Shown: piece by piece, positions 1 through 12,000 of the stretch | How the letters are laid out: every line of letters starts with the position of its first letter | Position numbering within the stretch: position 1 is the first letter of the stretch | Origin: Raillietiella orientalis | Taxonomy: Eukaryota | DNA: 64,000 nt | Assembly: GCA_036172245.1 (NCBI GenBank) | Contig: JAYWIR010000016.1 | Location: forward strand, 1,860,001 to 1,924,000 | Reading direction: 5' to 3' | Position numbers and translations under genes: made by a program | Notes under the pieces: generated by a model | What the model saw: only the letters and a program-made list of their open reading frames with translations | The model's database searches: none | Told to the model about the DNA's origin: nothing

Positions 1-1390
1 GCAGAGGGAACAGCTTGATGTTGGCCGGGGACGGATCCAGCGACAGCTGGCGGGATACGCAAGAGCTTAATGACTCGGGAGTTGTCCCGGCTGCGACGGG
101 AGACCGGTGCAGTGGCAGGGAGGAACCGGTGCAGGGACAGAACGGCGGGTGAGTGGGTGAGAGCCCCTGCGCCCCCCCCCCCCCTCCCTCCGAGGATCGG
201 GAAGGCCGCCGTGGAAGCCAGAGTTCAGGGGATGAGATGGGGGGCAGGCAGGGAAGGAGCCGAGCACGCGCCCTCCTGCCAAAGGTCGAGCAGGGGGGCG
301 GTTCTTTTCTCGGGACCATTGGAGGAGATGCGAGGGGGCTGAGAGACTGTTTTCCTGTACACAACCGCTCCCCTTCGCGGCCGGCTGGCTTGAGGATCGG
401 TGACTGCGTGCTCAAGTGCACACACACGGGGCGAAGATAGGTCCCCGGCCCACGTCGAGACTGCGGACAATCCGTTCCGCAGGCCCGATTTCCTCGTCCT
501 CCTGCACTCCCGGAGTCTGGGGGGGATCTCACGGGGAAGCGCGTTCACCCGGTTCCATCCCGCGGACTCCTCCCGGGGCGCTCGTAAAGGCGGTAGCGTT
601 GCCTCGGGATACCTCGAGAAAATTCGGAGACCCCTCGCGCGCTTCCCTACCGGTGCAACCCCCCATCTGCCTGCCAGCTGCTGGCACGCCGCCATCTTCC
701 CGGTTTGCCGGACCCGACCTCCGGAACGAGACACCTGGCATCCGCGGGGAGCGTCTCCGAGGAATGCGCCCTCCGGATGGTCCGCGCCATATGCTTCTGG
801 GATGCTGCAGTGGATCTGGACCACGCGCACCCCGGGGGCGCTCCAGGTGCTCGGCGATACCCCTCTCTCCCCCCCCCCTTACCTTAGGATTGCCGCCGAG
901 AAGAGTGCTCGCCTCCTCGGGTCCACCAACGGCTTCCTTGCCAGTGGCCACCACGAAGCAGTGGGGGCGTCCAAGAGAAAAGGGCGCGGAGGCCAGAAGG
1001 ATCCGATCGCAACCGCCGTCGTGCCCATGCGGGGTCCGGAGAAGCGTCCGAACGAGAACGTGGAGCAAGACGGAGCTTCAGGGCAGCTGCCTACAAAGTA
1101 GGTAGTCACCGGGCGAGGTGAGGGGGTGGAGGGGGAGATGCCCTCGCTTCCTCCTCCTACCCCATGCTCCTCCGTTCCCACACGATTCGGGAGTCTGGGA
1201 ATCGCGGACACCACTGTGAAGTCTGTATAACCCCACGCCTGCCGACCGATCCACCTATTGCCCTTCCCTTCCCAATTCTCTCCTATTCACGTCCCCGGTG
1301 GGGTATCGATCCTTCTGTGTGGACCCGGTCCGGTACCGATCTTCATTTTCTTTTTCCGGTCCCAACGTGCTCCGGAAGTCTGCAGCTGCC
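1..1390 (+). mobile_element. Decayed 3' part of an L1-clade LINE ORF2 (C-terminal zinc-finger region) plus probable 3' UTR
   Basis: Across frames: LPASCWHAAIFP...RHLASAGSVSEEC...HMLLGC, paralleling WPPACWDSGTLP...RARLSHW...CVECGERETFPHLTLEC of the copy at 28-29.5 kb. Frameshifted; C-rich stretch after 1100. Boundaries approximate. Confidence 0.45.
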
Positions 1391-4300
1391 TAACTCTCTC
1401 GCGTTGGATCGTTTCCAAGGCGCTCGTCTCCGCGGGGTCGGCGCAGCACATGGACCGCCGCGGCGGCAGCTTGGCCGGAGCCGGCAAGGAGACCCCTCGA
1501 CATGTTGTGCTCCTCCCTCCAAAACCGACGACGACGACGACGACGACGACACGGGTCTGAGGGACATGTGCGATGCACAATAGGGCGAGGGCAGCTGGCG
1601 CCGGCGGCTTGGGGAGGAGTTACCGATTCGACAGAGCGCTAGTGCCGCCCCAGGTACTGACTAGCATCATCGAGTCTCCTCGGACAAGCGTCCACAGCGA
1701 CGAATAGCGTTTCATCTCCACGCGTCCCGGCCCTCACCTTCGATGTCAGGAGGAGAGCGGGAATCACCGTGGCAATGCGACGCCCCTAACGAACGGTATG
1801 ACGCGGAGGGGGAAACTTCCGAGGATAAAGACTCGGCGTACCGCTGGTCCACACCCTCGCTCCGGTGCAACCTCCAGCAATGGCGGCCTCTGCACCGATC
1901 CGTCGTCAGCAGGCACTTTCATTCCTCCCCGCTCTGACGCAACGGAATCTGCAGCAGCCAGACTCGGCATCCGCTGGTCCAGGCCGACTCCATGTGTGTC
2001 CGACCGTGACACGGGAGGAACGTCCGCCTGTTCCCAATGACGGCCCTTCCTGAACTCCAGATCTTTCACGAGGCTGTGGAGGGGGCGGACAGGATGGAGG
2101 AGCAGGCCACGTGACCACGAAAGACGGGAGCAGGTATCCCGTTTTTTCGGCTAAGTGCTAAAAGTAGGGACCGACCACCGTCTTCTCCTCCTCTTCCCCG
2201 TTGTCTTCTCGACCCTGCGGCAGGACTCGTCTCGGCGGCGTCCACGGAGCGACCAGTCGGTTCGATCTGCATGCCGCGCGCCGCCTCGCATGGGGAGTGG
2301 CCGGAAGGGGAGAGACGGCTTCCAGCGCGCACGCCCATTCCTAGCGGACGTCCCGGAGCTCTTTCGACGCCGGCGGAAATCCGGGAGGAAGTTCCAGGCG
2401 CGTGGGATTCTGGCGGAGGGACGGACCCGGAACCCTTCTCTTCCCTCGTCTCCCTTCCCCTTCCTGTGGCCTGTCGGCAGTCGCAGCTCCCTGTGTACCG
2501 AGCCTCCCTTCTTCACAGTTTCGATGGAGGGGTGACGCGGGACTCCTTATTGGCCACTGCTTTTTAGAGCTCCATTTTGTTTTGGAGGGAAGTGGTGAGG
2601 GGGGATCCCTCCTCCTCCTCCTTCACCCCCCCTCCCTTTCGACGGAGATCGACTGAATCCCGACGAACTCGGGAGGCCTGAAGAATCCGCAATCAGAGAA
2701 GATTGCTGTCCGGGATCTCCGCGCCGGCTGCCATGGCAGCGCGACGGAATGCGATTTGAGCTGGAAATGCTTCAGCGTCCCGTAACAACCGAATTCCCCG
2801 CTCCGGAAACGCAGGAGTTGCGGCGCGGATAGCCTGGAGTAATCGGGGAAGCACGCGGGGCAATTTCCTGTGAGGAAATTCAAGGAGCAAATCGCTTTTT
2901 CCAGGGGAATAAAGTGAGGCCGTTCCGTTCTGGAGCGGGTAATGATGGCCACCAAAGCATCCCTGGTTTTTCAAGAAATTTCTTGCATGATCGGCAATGA
3001 TTATTAGGGAAGGAAGGAAGGGAAAAAACAGGCATGGGAAGGAGGAGGAGGAAGGTGGTGAAGCTCCACGAAAGCAGGCGTTCCCGACTCTGCAGACAGG
3101 AATGGCCGAGATCCGCGGCCCTCTGCAGCCAGTCTCCGAGGGCGGGAAGTGGAATTCGCGCGACTTTGTCCCCCATGCTCAGAGAGGAATCCCATGGGAG
3201 CCCAGGGACTCGTCCTCCCCACTTCGCGTCCTTCCGCTAGGGGCGCTCGTGTCGTTCGGACTGTTCGGCCGCGGAACTGGCTGCAGGCTGCGAACCAGAG
3301 CATCCGGACAACGGCTGCTGCGTCCCTTCCTTCAATGCAGCCCCAGCACCGACAACAACATTCCTTCCTCCTCTCTTGCGCCATGCCCTGAGCAGCGCCT
3401 ACTCCGCAACACCCTTCATTTGTTCCCCTGGTAGCGCAAGCCACTCCCTCCCCCTGCGATCTGTTGGATCGACTGGAAGCCACTTGACCTCCTTTCTCTT
3501 GGAGTTCCCGCATCAGGAAACCCCTCCGGATAGGGTGGGGGTCCCAGATCGATCCGTCAGCTCTCCTCGGGCTACATTCTGGGGCTATCGCAGCCCCGTG
3601 TGTCTTCCCCAGGGTTCTTCTAACGAGGGCTCCCTTCTAGCTGTCCCAGCATCCCTGCGTGCGGCCGGAGCCCTTCTCCTTACCTTCCCCCGCGAATTCT
3701 CCTTTTCCCGCCACCTTCTCCCTCCCTTCCATCTTCTCCTTCGCCGCCTCCTGGACCACACCAGCCGCGCAGGGATGCTGGGATGCTCCCCCCCCCCACA
3801 TCCTCCCTGCGACGCAAGCTGCCCAACATGGGGATCCTTTGCGTCCCTCGACCCCACAGGAGGAGAGATCCTGCGCATCCTTCCCATGCCAAGTGGTCTC
3901 CCTCTTCCTCCTCCCGAACCCATCGCGCTAGGAAGCCTTACGCCGTCCACTCTTATTAGAATCTTCCTCTCGTGGTTAGCGTCCCCTCCAGCCACGGGAG
4001 GAAAGGAACACACCCACAGGGTCAGCACACGAAGAGGACTCTGATGCCACACCGGAATGGGGAGGGATAGGCGCGGGCGGAGGGAAGTGGCATTCCTTCG
4101 TGGAAGGAGGGGTCGTCCCGCCCAGCTCGCATGCCGACCTCAGAGATCTGAGCCTCTGGCCCCGCCTCGAGAGGGAAGAAGGGGAAAATGAGGGGATACA
4201 TGGGTCCCCCCTACCAAACCCTGCCCCTTCCCCCTTATATTCGCCTTTCTGCAGGCCGGGAGGTCTCTCTCCCCATGGCCTTGGAGGAGGAGGCCCCGAG

Positions 4301-6150
4301 CCACGCCCTTCCAAGTGAGCCGGCCGTGAGCCGTTCCCTTTTAAACGCCCGGGAATCCCAGGGATATGGGTACACTCCGGAATGTGTGCCGGCGCAGAAC
4401 CCGGAAAACACCAATGACTTGGCTTCGCTCCCAGGACACTCGAACGGTGGGTCACTGCAGGCCACGACGAGGCACCTCCGAGAGATCCTCATGGAACTAC
4501 CTCGGGATGACAGCCTCCGATCTGGGACTCTTTTGCGGCACGGGGTCTGCAGTCTTCGTCTCCCAGTTTGCTCCACGGCCCGTGCTGGTGAGTCCCGGCC
4601 GGTACGAGAGTCCATTGGGACACGCATCCACAGACGGGGAGGTATCCATGGAAACGACAGAGGAGAGCGAGGGACGGCAGAAGTGGGCGACTTGGGGCAA
4701 AGAGAGGGACCATCTCTCTCTGCCTCCAGCCAGATGAGGGGGGGGGCGCGTAGTGCTGCGCAAGAGCACCGCGCGGTCTTCTGTGCCTCCTCCTTCGCTC
4801 CCGGAGGCCGAAGCACACCCGGACGAGGCATCCGGGAAGAGTCAGGGAGACGCGTTCCAGGAACTGCATCCCACGTGTTCCGCTCTCGCTGGTCGCCGCG
4901 AAGACGGCAAGCGCGGAAGTGACCTCATGGCGTGCAGCTGTGGAGGTTCAGCGCAGCATCCGGTTGAGGGAGGTCACTCCATCCCTCCCGGATGCACGAC
5001 GAGGGAGGCTGCATCCTCGCTGCGCCGTTGGGGGTAATCTTTTGGGGTCGCCGTTCCCTTGCCCTTCACTCGGCCCCTAGACTCTGAGGGATTTCCAGCC
5101 CCCCTCCGAGTAGCTAGACCGAGACTCTGAGACCTCGGCGTTCTGCTGCTCGCCACGCTCACCTTCATCCAAGGGCCATCTGCACTTCTTCCTGCCTTTT
5201 TTTTTTTTTGCATTCATGTTCCTTCGTTACCCTGACAACAGCCTTTGCGTTGCCCTCTCCGCTCGTCGAAGAGTCTTTCCGGGAGCAAAGGCAGCGACAA
5301 GTCCTCCTGTTCTCCACTTGCTATTCCACCTCGACGTCAGAGCCTTCCGAATCTCCGTGTCCGGGAGAAAAGGAGCGGGGACACCTGCGCGCACAGGAGG
5401 ACCTCCAGAGTCTCCTTCATCATCATTCCCAAGGCATGGACGCACCGGTGACCAGGACGGTGGCCATGGAAGTCGGAGTCCTCTAAAGAGTATGCAACGA
5501 CTCGCCGAAGCAACTGGTCCTGAAAACAGATGGTGCTCAAACGTCGAGCCTCTCTCTAACCTCCGCCGGGGCAGAGTCGTTCCTGCCTTCCGGAGCACCG
5601 CTTCCGGAGGACGGTAGGTTTCTCAAGTTCCGGCGAGCAGGAGCGAGCTCACCTGGAGCCACCGCCGGCTCAGATCCTGGTGGTGGTGCTTTGGTGAGAT
5701 ACAGGAGGTCCGCTGTGGACAAGAGGTCAGCAACAACAGCCTGAGGGCATGGTTCAGTCGACCCTGAGTCCCCTAGGCGTCCGCACGCTCCACGCGGAAT
5801 GCCACGCCAGAGAGGGAGACCGGATGAGACGCGTCCTCTATCGGAAACCCTGCTCCTTCTTGTAGCGAGCGGCCTGGGTGCCTGGGGGGCCGGCCGTATC
5901 CCGCTCCTGCCCATCTCTGATGCCCGATCTGGCCCCTGTGCTACCACGTTCCACCTTCACGTTTTGGAACTGCCTTCCCCCCCTTTGTGGAGGCCCTCGA
6001 GGTCCATGCGGCAAATAGGGCAACTAACCATCTTCCCTACGAGATGACCACATGACCTGGCGAGCGTTTTCGTCGACTCACGCAAATTGATCGTGGAAAT
6101 CCTTTCGGGTTCTTTTGTTTCTCTGCTTTCCTTCGTGCTTTTTTTTTTCA
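1390..6150 (-). mobile_element. Heavily decayed near-full-length L1-clade LINE (ORF1, endonuclease, RT remnants)
   Basis: Motif relics in the expected order on minus: Cys-rich CGHLVGKMVSCPIC (~6050); knuckle-like HSCTP*GHFRAC (~4930); EN-like GGDAN (~3990); KGD...RVRPS (cf. KGD...WRPISL, ~2440); VPADD (cf. YADD, ~1910); LRRPRGDERLG (cf. LCAPRRDGGLG, ~1430). Many indels. Confidence 0.55.
1527..1550. repeat. (GAC)8 microsatellite
   Basis: Read directly from sequence. Confidence 0.95.
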
Positions 6151-6189
6151 TTGGCTCTCAAGGAGTGATGAAGAGACGTCTGCCTCCAT

Positions 6190-6760
6190 AGGAGGGGGGC
6201 CACGAAGCTCTTTGGCACTGTCCACGCCACCCGAGGATGCTTGTGACCCCTCAATTTATGGGGGGTGACCCTAGAGGGATCTCCCTATGAATCCAGAAAA
6301 GTTGCGGAGGAAGTTCTTTCCCCTCCCTGGAGGGAATCCATCACCTTGGCTGTCTCTGAAGGGAACCACGAAGTTGTCGGGAACCTCTTCCTTGTTCTCT
6401 ACGGAGAGACCTGTGGAGGGACCGTTCCATTTGTTCCCTCTTCGGAAGGAACCCGCAAGGGAACCGCTCCCTGTTTCCTTCTCTGAAGAGGATCCCGAAG
6501 GGACGCTTCCCATTTTCTCTGAAGGGCGCTCCCCGAAGGGAGCAGCGCGCTTCTTGACACGCTGGAGAGGCAACCCTTCGAGGGGGGTATCAACCAGCGA
6601 TGGAGAGTCCCTCCCCGAGGGAGAGGACGGCTCCATTTTCACAACCGGAGAGGAACCCCGGCTGACTCCGTGATTCCTGGAAGGACCTTGGAAGGTCGAC
6701 TTCCAATCCCGGCCAATCAACAGGGCCATCCGGGGGTTTCCGGCTTCCACGAGTGCCGCT
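6190..6760 (-). repeat. LINE ORF1-tail repeat, copy 1 of 3
   Basis: Shares blocks (tatgaatccag, gaagggacgcttcc, ctccgtgattcctggaaggacc, ggtcgacttcca) with 31255-31970 and, inverted, with 53700-54570. Confidence 0.85.
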
Positions 6761-6771
6761 CTCGAAGCCTA

Positions 6772-6845
6772 TCCTCCCCCGGGTGGGATTCGAACCCGCA
6801 ACGCCTGATACTCCACGCTCGGAGACCGCACCCACACGGTCGTGT
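6772..6845 (-). other. tRNA-like fragment (T-arm / Pol III B-box); tRNA pseudogene or SINE head
   Basis: Minus strand reads GCGGGTTCGAATCCCACCCGGGGG. No convincing A-box, anticodon arm or full cloverleaf. Confidence 0.4.
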
Positions 6846-9095
6846 GCAGGCGTACCAAGTTTTCCCGCGGCTTTCATTTTGGAAGTGTCCAGGCGACAGA
6901 GGCGCACCACCTGCACGTGTGTTCTAAGCACTTTTTTCGTCTGGTTCACCCGGACCACTGCAGCAATCCGATAGAGGAATGGCACGCTCCGATGCTGAAG
7001 GCGAAGCGTACAGGCGAACAAATCTGCATGATATCTGCCGGCTGTACGAACAACCCAATTAATCGAAGAAAAGTACTTCGCAAATGTAGTCGAGAGTGCA
7101 TGTGCAATCAGCCATAGCAACACAAAGAAATAATGGATGGACCAGAAAATACTTTCTGAAATTCGATAGGATAGGCCCCTTTTTTTTTTGAATACTTCAG
7201 TCCATAGGGGATCAGTCAGCCCCAGAACGAAAGGAAACCGCCATTGCCATTCTCTATTTTGTCAACACGAAAATCCGAAACGAAGCGAGTCTGTGCACTT
7301 TGGGAGGCCCAAATGAAGTCTTTGGCATCATGTCTAGACGGAACCATTTGCAATTCCCTAAAATGGCTACCGCAGCACTGTAAGATGAATGAATGCATCT
7401 GCAGAAACACCGCGGGGCTTCCTGCCGAGCTTCCGGACACTTTTCAGACAAGTGAACCGACACCGGCTAACTGTTAGGGTCGGTAAGAATCACGCACCAA
7501 GTGTTGCAGGAGCTGTCCTTCCTCTGCATCTTTCGTCTCTTGTGAAACGATACTGTGTGTTTTCTACAAGGCGGTACGAGGTTGCAATGCGAGCGTCCTC
7601 GGCAGGGAGGGCAATTCCTGAAAATACACTCGGAAACGCTGGAGGAACTGAACGCGCTGCGTGGAAGCATCCACACGAATAGGGAGCAAAACACACACAC
7701 ACACACAAAGACGCTGATGCCCGCGTGACAAGCATCTTCTTGAAACGGATGCAATACTTTGCTTTGTCTCGGTTGCACGCTGCACTCTGGGAAGAGCATC
7801 CAAATTACCGCAAGAGAAGGCACGCAGGTATCCAGGTTCCCACTCGATCTTGACAGATGCACGTGTGCCCTTTCGAGGGGCCGCTTGCCTGCTTTGTGTA
7901 CATGCTATACACGCAGCGTAATCAGGGAACCGCAAGCATTCGTTAACGCGTCTTGGAGTGTAACCGTCAGCCACCACACGAATTCCTGAACCCGACCACG
8001 AGGTAATTCGGGTGGGAAAAAAGAAAAAAAAAGGGGAACCAGGCACCTTTCGATCCGGTTGGAGTTAGCTCTGGTTGAGATGCAAGCATCCGACACTCGG
8101 ATAAACATAACCGAACAAAGCTAATCAATGACCCCGCAGCTTTTTGGCACTCCATTCGTGTTACATTAACGAACATACACAGTGATTTTTGCCAACGCTG
8201 TGGTTACACTTGAGTGCAGCCCACGTACAAGCGTAGTCTTTGACCACGTTCCTTTTTCACGCAGCAAGCAGCAGGACAGGGCAGTGCCGCGGTAGCCGTT
8301 CCTGGTTCTGACCCTTCAGGCGTGTGCCGTGGTGCCTGAATTGCTTCGAAAACAGCTCAAGAATCTCTTCCGCAATCTTCCCTTTGGTCTCTTCAGATAA
8401 GAACCCGACCTGGAATTCAGAATCGGGCATTTCAATCAGGTACGCTTCGAATGATCGCCGTCTCGAATTGGAGCTCTTAGGAAAGTATCAAGTAGGAGGA
8501 CTAATCCTCATTTGGCTTTTACAACCACCGTAATAAAAAAAAAAAAAAACGAATACGTGAGAAACGGAGCACAACGATCGCACGTACAAGATCCATTCGG
8601 CCTTAATCGGCATAAGCGATGAGCTTTTTAAGGCTATGGGCATCTTTTTTGTTACAGGTCAAATTTGTTCGGTACACCTACCGAACGCATCTTGGAATAC
8701 AACCGGGTATTTTGATGCATCAGCAACAACGTTTTCACATTCACCAAATCATCGTAAGCAAGCGAAAGTCAGGACTTCCTGATGATTTGCCTGCTTGGTT
8801 GATTGGCTTTTGTAACATCTGACCATCCACTTATTATCCACTTATGGTTATTCAAAAAATAAAAAGAATAATCAACTTTACCACTCAGCATCTTGTGAAT
8901 GATGCATTGAAAAATTTACATCTGAGAAACCCAGAAAACATGAAATCCTAAAAACCCTTTACCCCAAAAAATTAATACCAAATTACTCAGTTTTATATAA
9001 TCGTCTCTTATCATTCCATATAAATAAATTTTACAATAAATGAGTGCCTCAAGCTGAAGTACAAAGTTCTAAAAGCTCTGAATATTCTTTGGATG

Positions 9096-12000
9096 TTATG
9101 AGAATTGCTGATAAGGGTTATGTTGCTGTGATAAGGATGTAAGCTGCTGCTGGGTAACGGAAGGACCCATCTGCTGTGCACCGGAAGTCAAAGACCTTTG
9201 AAGCTGTGCCACCAGCACTGCAGTTGACTGCTGATTTTGACCCTGAAATTGGGTTTTCATAAGCGCAAAAACGAACATAACTTTTCAAGGCGTTGAAATG
9301 AAGTATTGTGGTTCACTTCCTTATCGGGAAACGTCAAATCAACGCAATTATGAAAGCAAAAAGATAAAGAAAAGCTCACTTTCAGGCCACTTTGAAACAC
9401 CGCACCAGTGATGCTTTGGGATAAGCTAAGAAAATTTGAAATTTCCATTTTCACTACGCCCAAAATTGCGAAAATGCAACCGCGAAATTTCGATGCAAGG
9501 ACTGAAACCTGGTTACATAACATAATCCAAGCCGAAAACAAGAGCAACGAAAACTAAGAAGCGAAGAGAATCGCCATAAGAAGGAGCAGACTGTGCAGCT
9601 ACAGTCCAGAAAAATACCCTACACTGGATGGGACACTAGATGTACCAAAGGAATCAGGTCAGCACGCAGACCGCAGCTCTGCAAGGTTTCCAGGGATACG
9701 AGCGATGGAGTGGAGATTACCGTGATTCATTAACCCCAGGCCAGATTCCTGAACGGGAGAAAATTAATTTCCGGCACACATTAACGCGATTTTGCACCGG
9801 TTCCAATAAATCATCGACAAACAACAGAACCTCCCCCTGCACGTGCGACACACTCCCCTAAAGTGACCTCTGACCATTTCATTGCAGGCATTACAACAAA
9901 TTTGTGGTCAACACATTTCCCACTTTCAAAGAACTGCGATTCTCCGGCTCACTCCTCCCAAGTGTGCTGGATCGACTGAAAGAAACCTCTAAGACTTCTC
10001 TTTCCTTTGCTGATTTTGTGGGGGAGGGGGAGGGCAGGCCTTGAAGCGAAGAGATTTTTTATTTTTTTCCATAAGCAAACTGAGTCATCATGTACATGAA
10101 TAGTTCAGAATGAACGGCATTCCGGGATTTCTTTCTGCAGAGTCCTATGCTCGGAATTTTCGTCAAGGCTCTCGGAACTGTTAGGTGGAAAAAAGGAATA
10201 CTTCTCGAAATCAAATGCCCAAAGTACACAGCAAGTCTTTTCTTATCTCCAATGAAAACCAGAACGTGATTTTTCAAAACAACACTTTTTTCATCAACAC
10301 CTATAAGTAGGCACACGCAATCCCTCCGTGAGAAAGCGAGGAAGCACCACAGAGATGGGGAGAAGAGAGCCCCAAAGAGACACAGCAGTAACTGCGAAAG
10401 AATGTCCACGGCCCCCTGCAACCCGCTATGTAATTGCACACATACGCATACGTCAGGCTTTTGCACTCGTCATATCTGCTAGTTAGCATATGAAGCATTA
10501 CGTGAACATCCATGAAATCAGTCCTCGGCGTGCAAACGTTGCTCCTTTGAAACTATTCTGCTCAAAAGCTACCGTTTTCCAATGCAAGGGCCGAATCATC
10601 CGTAATATTTGATTTTTAACTACGGCAACGGCCAGTAGTTGATAAATTATTAGAGGCCAATTTTGGAATCTTATTTTAGAATACCGGCTCAAGTAAGGGC
10701 ACAAATTATCAAGACAGAATTACAAAAAATTTCGGCAGAAACTTAGCATTCGTGAACCAAGGAGAACGGGGCTGAGATGAACTTGAAAAATGCGTATACA
10801 AGGAACCACACACAAGCAAACAAAACTTGCAATGTGAGTAACTTTTACACTTTGTCACATTACGAGAAAAAAATTTTTTTATGACCTGTGAAACTTGCAT
10901 AGAAGTTGATGGGTGCCCCATCTGTCCAGTCTGCTGCTGTGACTGAAGAAGCATCTGCTGCTTCATCTTCAAAACAATTTAAAGGAAAACCCATAAAACA
11001 TAACAATCATACTTGCTGAAACTGTTGACTTGAAGGGCGCTGTCCATATGGCAAAGGCTGCTGATTAGAAGCCATTGTAAACTGGTTATTGGGAAGCCTG
11101 ATACGTGAAGTTTACTGCGAATCCGATACGATTATCAAATCACGGACCTTTGTGGAAGCGACTGAGCGGCTTGAGGAAGCGCAATGGTTCCTTGAGATAT
11201 AAAGGAGCTTCCCTGTTGAGTTTGGATACCCAACATGGACCCCTGATTTGTAAAGTTTGGATGGTTATAATTTTGCGTGAGCAATGTATTTTGGTTTTGA
11301 TTCGCAAAACTATTCTGAAGGTTCTGGAAATTTTGACCAATAGCTAATAAAAAGAAGTACATATCAGAAAACCAGCATGATCCGTTCCATACCAGATGTC
11401 TGTTGCATTGGATATATCTGACTAATATTCTGCTGCATCCCATAGAGATTTGGAGCCCCTGATCTTGGAATATTTGTTATATTATTTCTGACAAAAGCAT
11501 GTTACGTAAAACTCGCAATTTTTGTTTAATATAAATTTACCGTACTATAGACTGCCTGAGACCACGACCAGCATTTTGGAACTGTGTGCTGGCATTCATA
11601 TTTGGATTCAAGAACTGGGGACCTGGATGCTGGTTAGTTCTATTTCTCAACATCTGAGAAATAGCTTCCTTTGATTGTGCATTGCAGCGTTCCAATCGTG
11701 GTCCATCTACAGCTCACAGGGAAAATCTAAACCATAAATGTAACATAAACTCACTAATGGGAGCAACAGGTTGATTACAATAGGTAGTTTGTGGCTGTGG
11801 GTAATTCCAATTTGCCCCTTGATGGTAAATGCCTGAGGGATACCCGATATGCATAGGTACCTAAAAGGATCTTTTGTGACACTGGATAGAGAGAAGAAGA
11901 AAAAAATTCACCATATTTTGTCCATTAGATGCTCTTGTCTTCTTTTTTTTGGTTTGTTTAGCTTTTTTATTAGTGGTTGCACCTTTCACTTGATTAGTAG

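Noticed and set aside
4817..4836. CCCGG...CCGGG hairpin resembling the LINE terminal motif
   Set aside because: Longer loop, no AATAAA or UTR context; likely chance in GC-rich DNA.
6900..8830. Exon-like pieces on minus (e.g. KGKIAEEILELFSKQF, GGFLSFWG)
   Set aside because: Could be fitted to ionotropic-receptor or protease motifs equally weakly; stops in frame; not assignable without a search.
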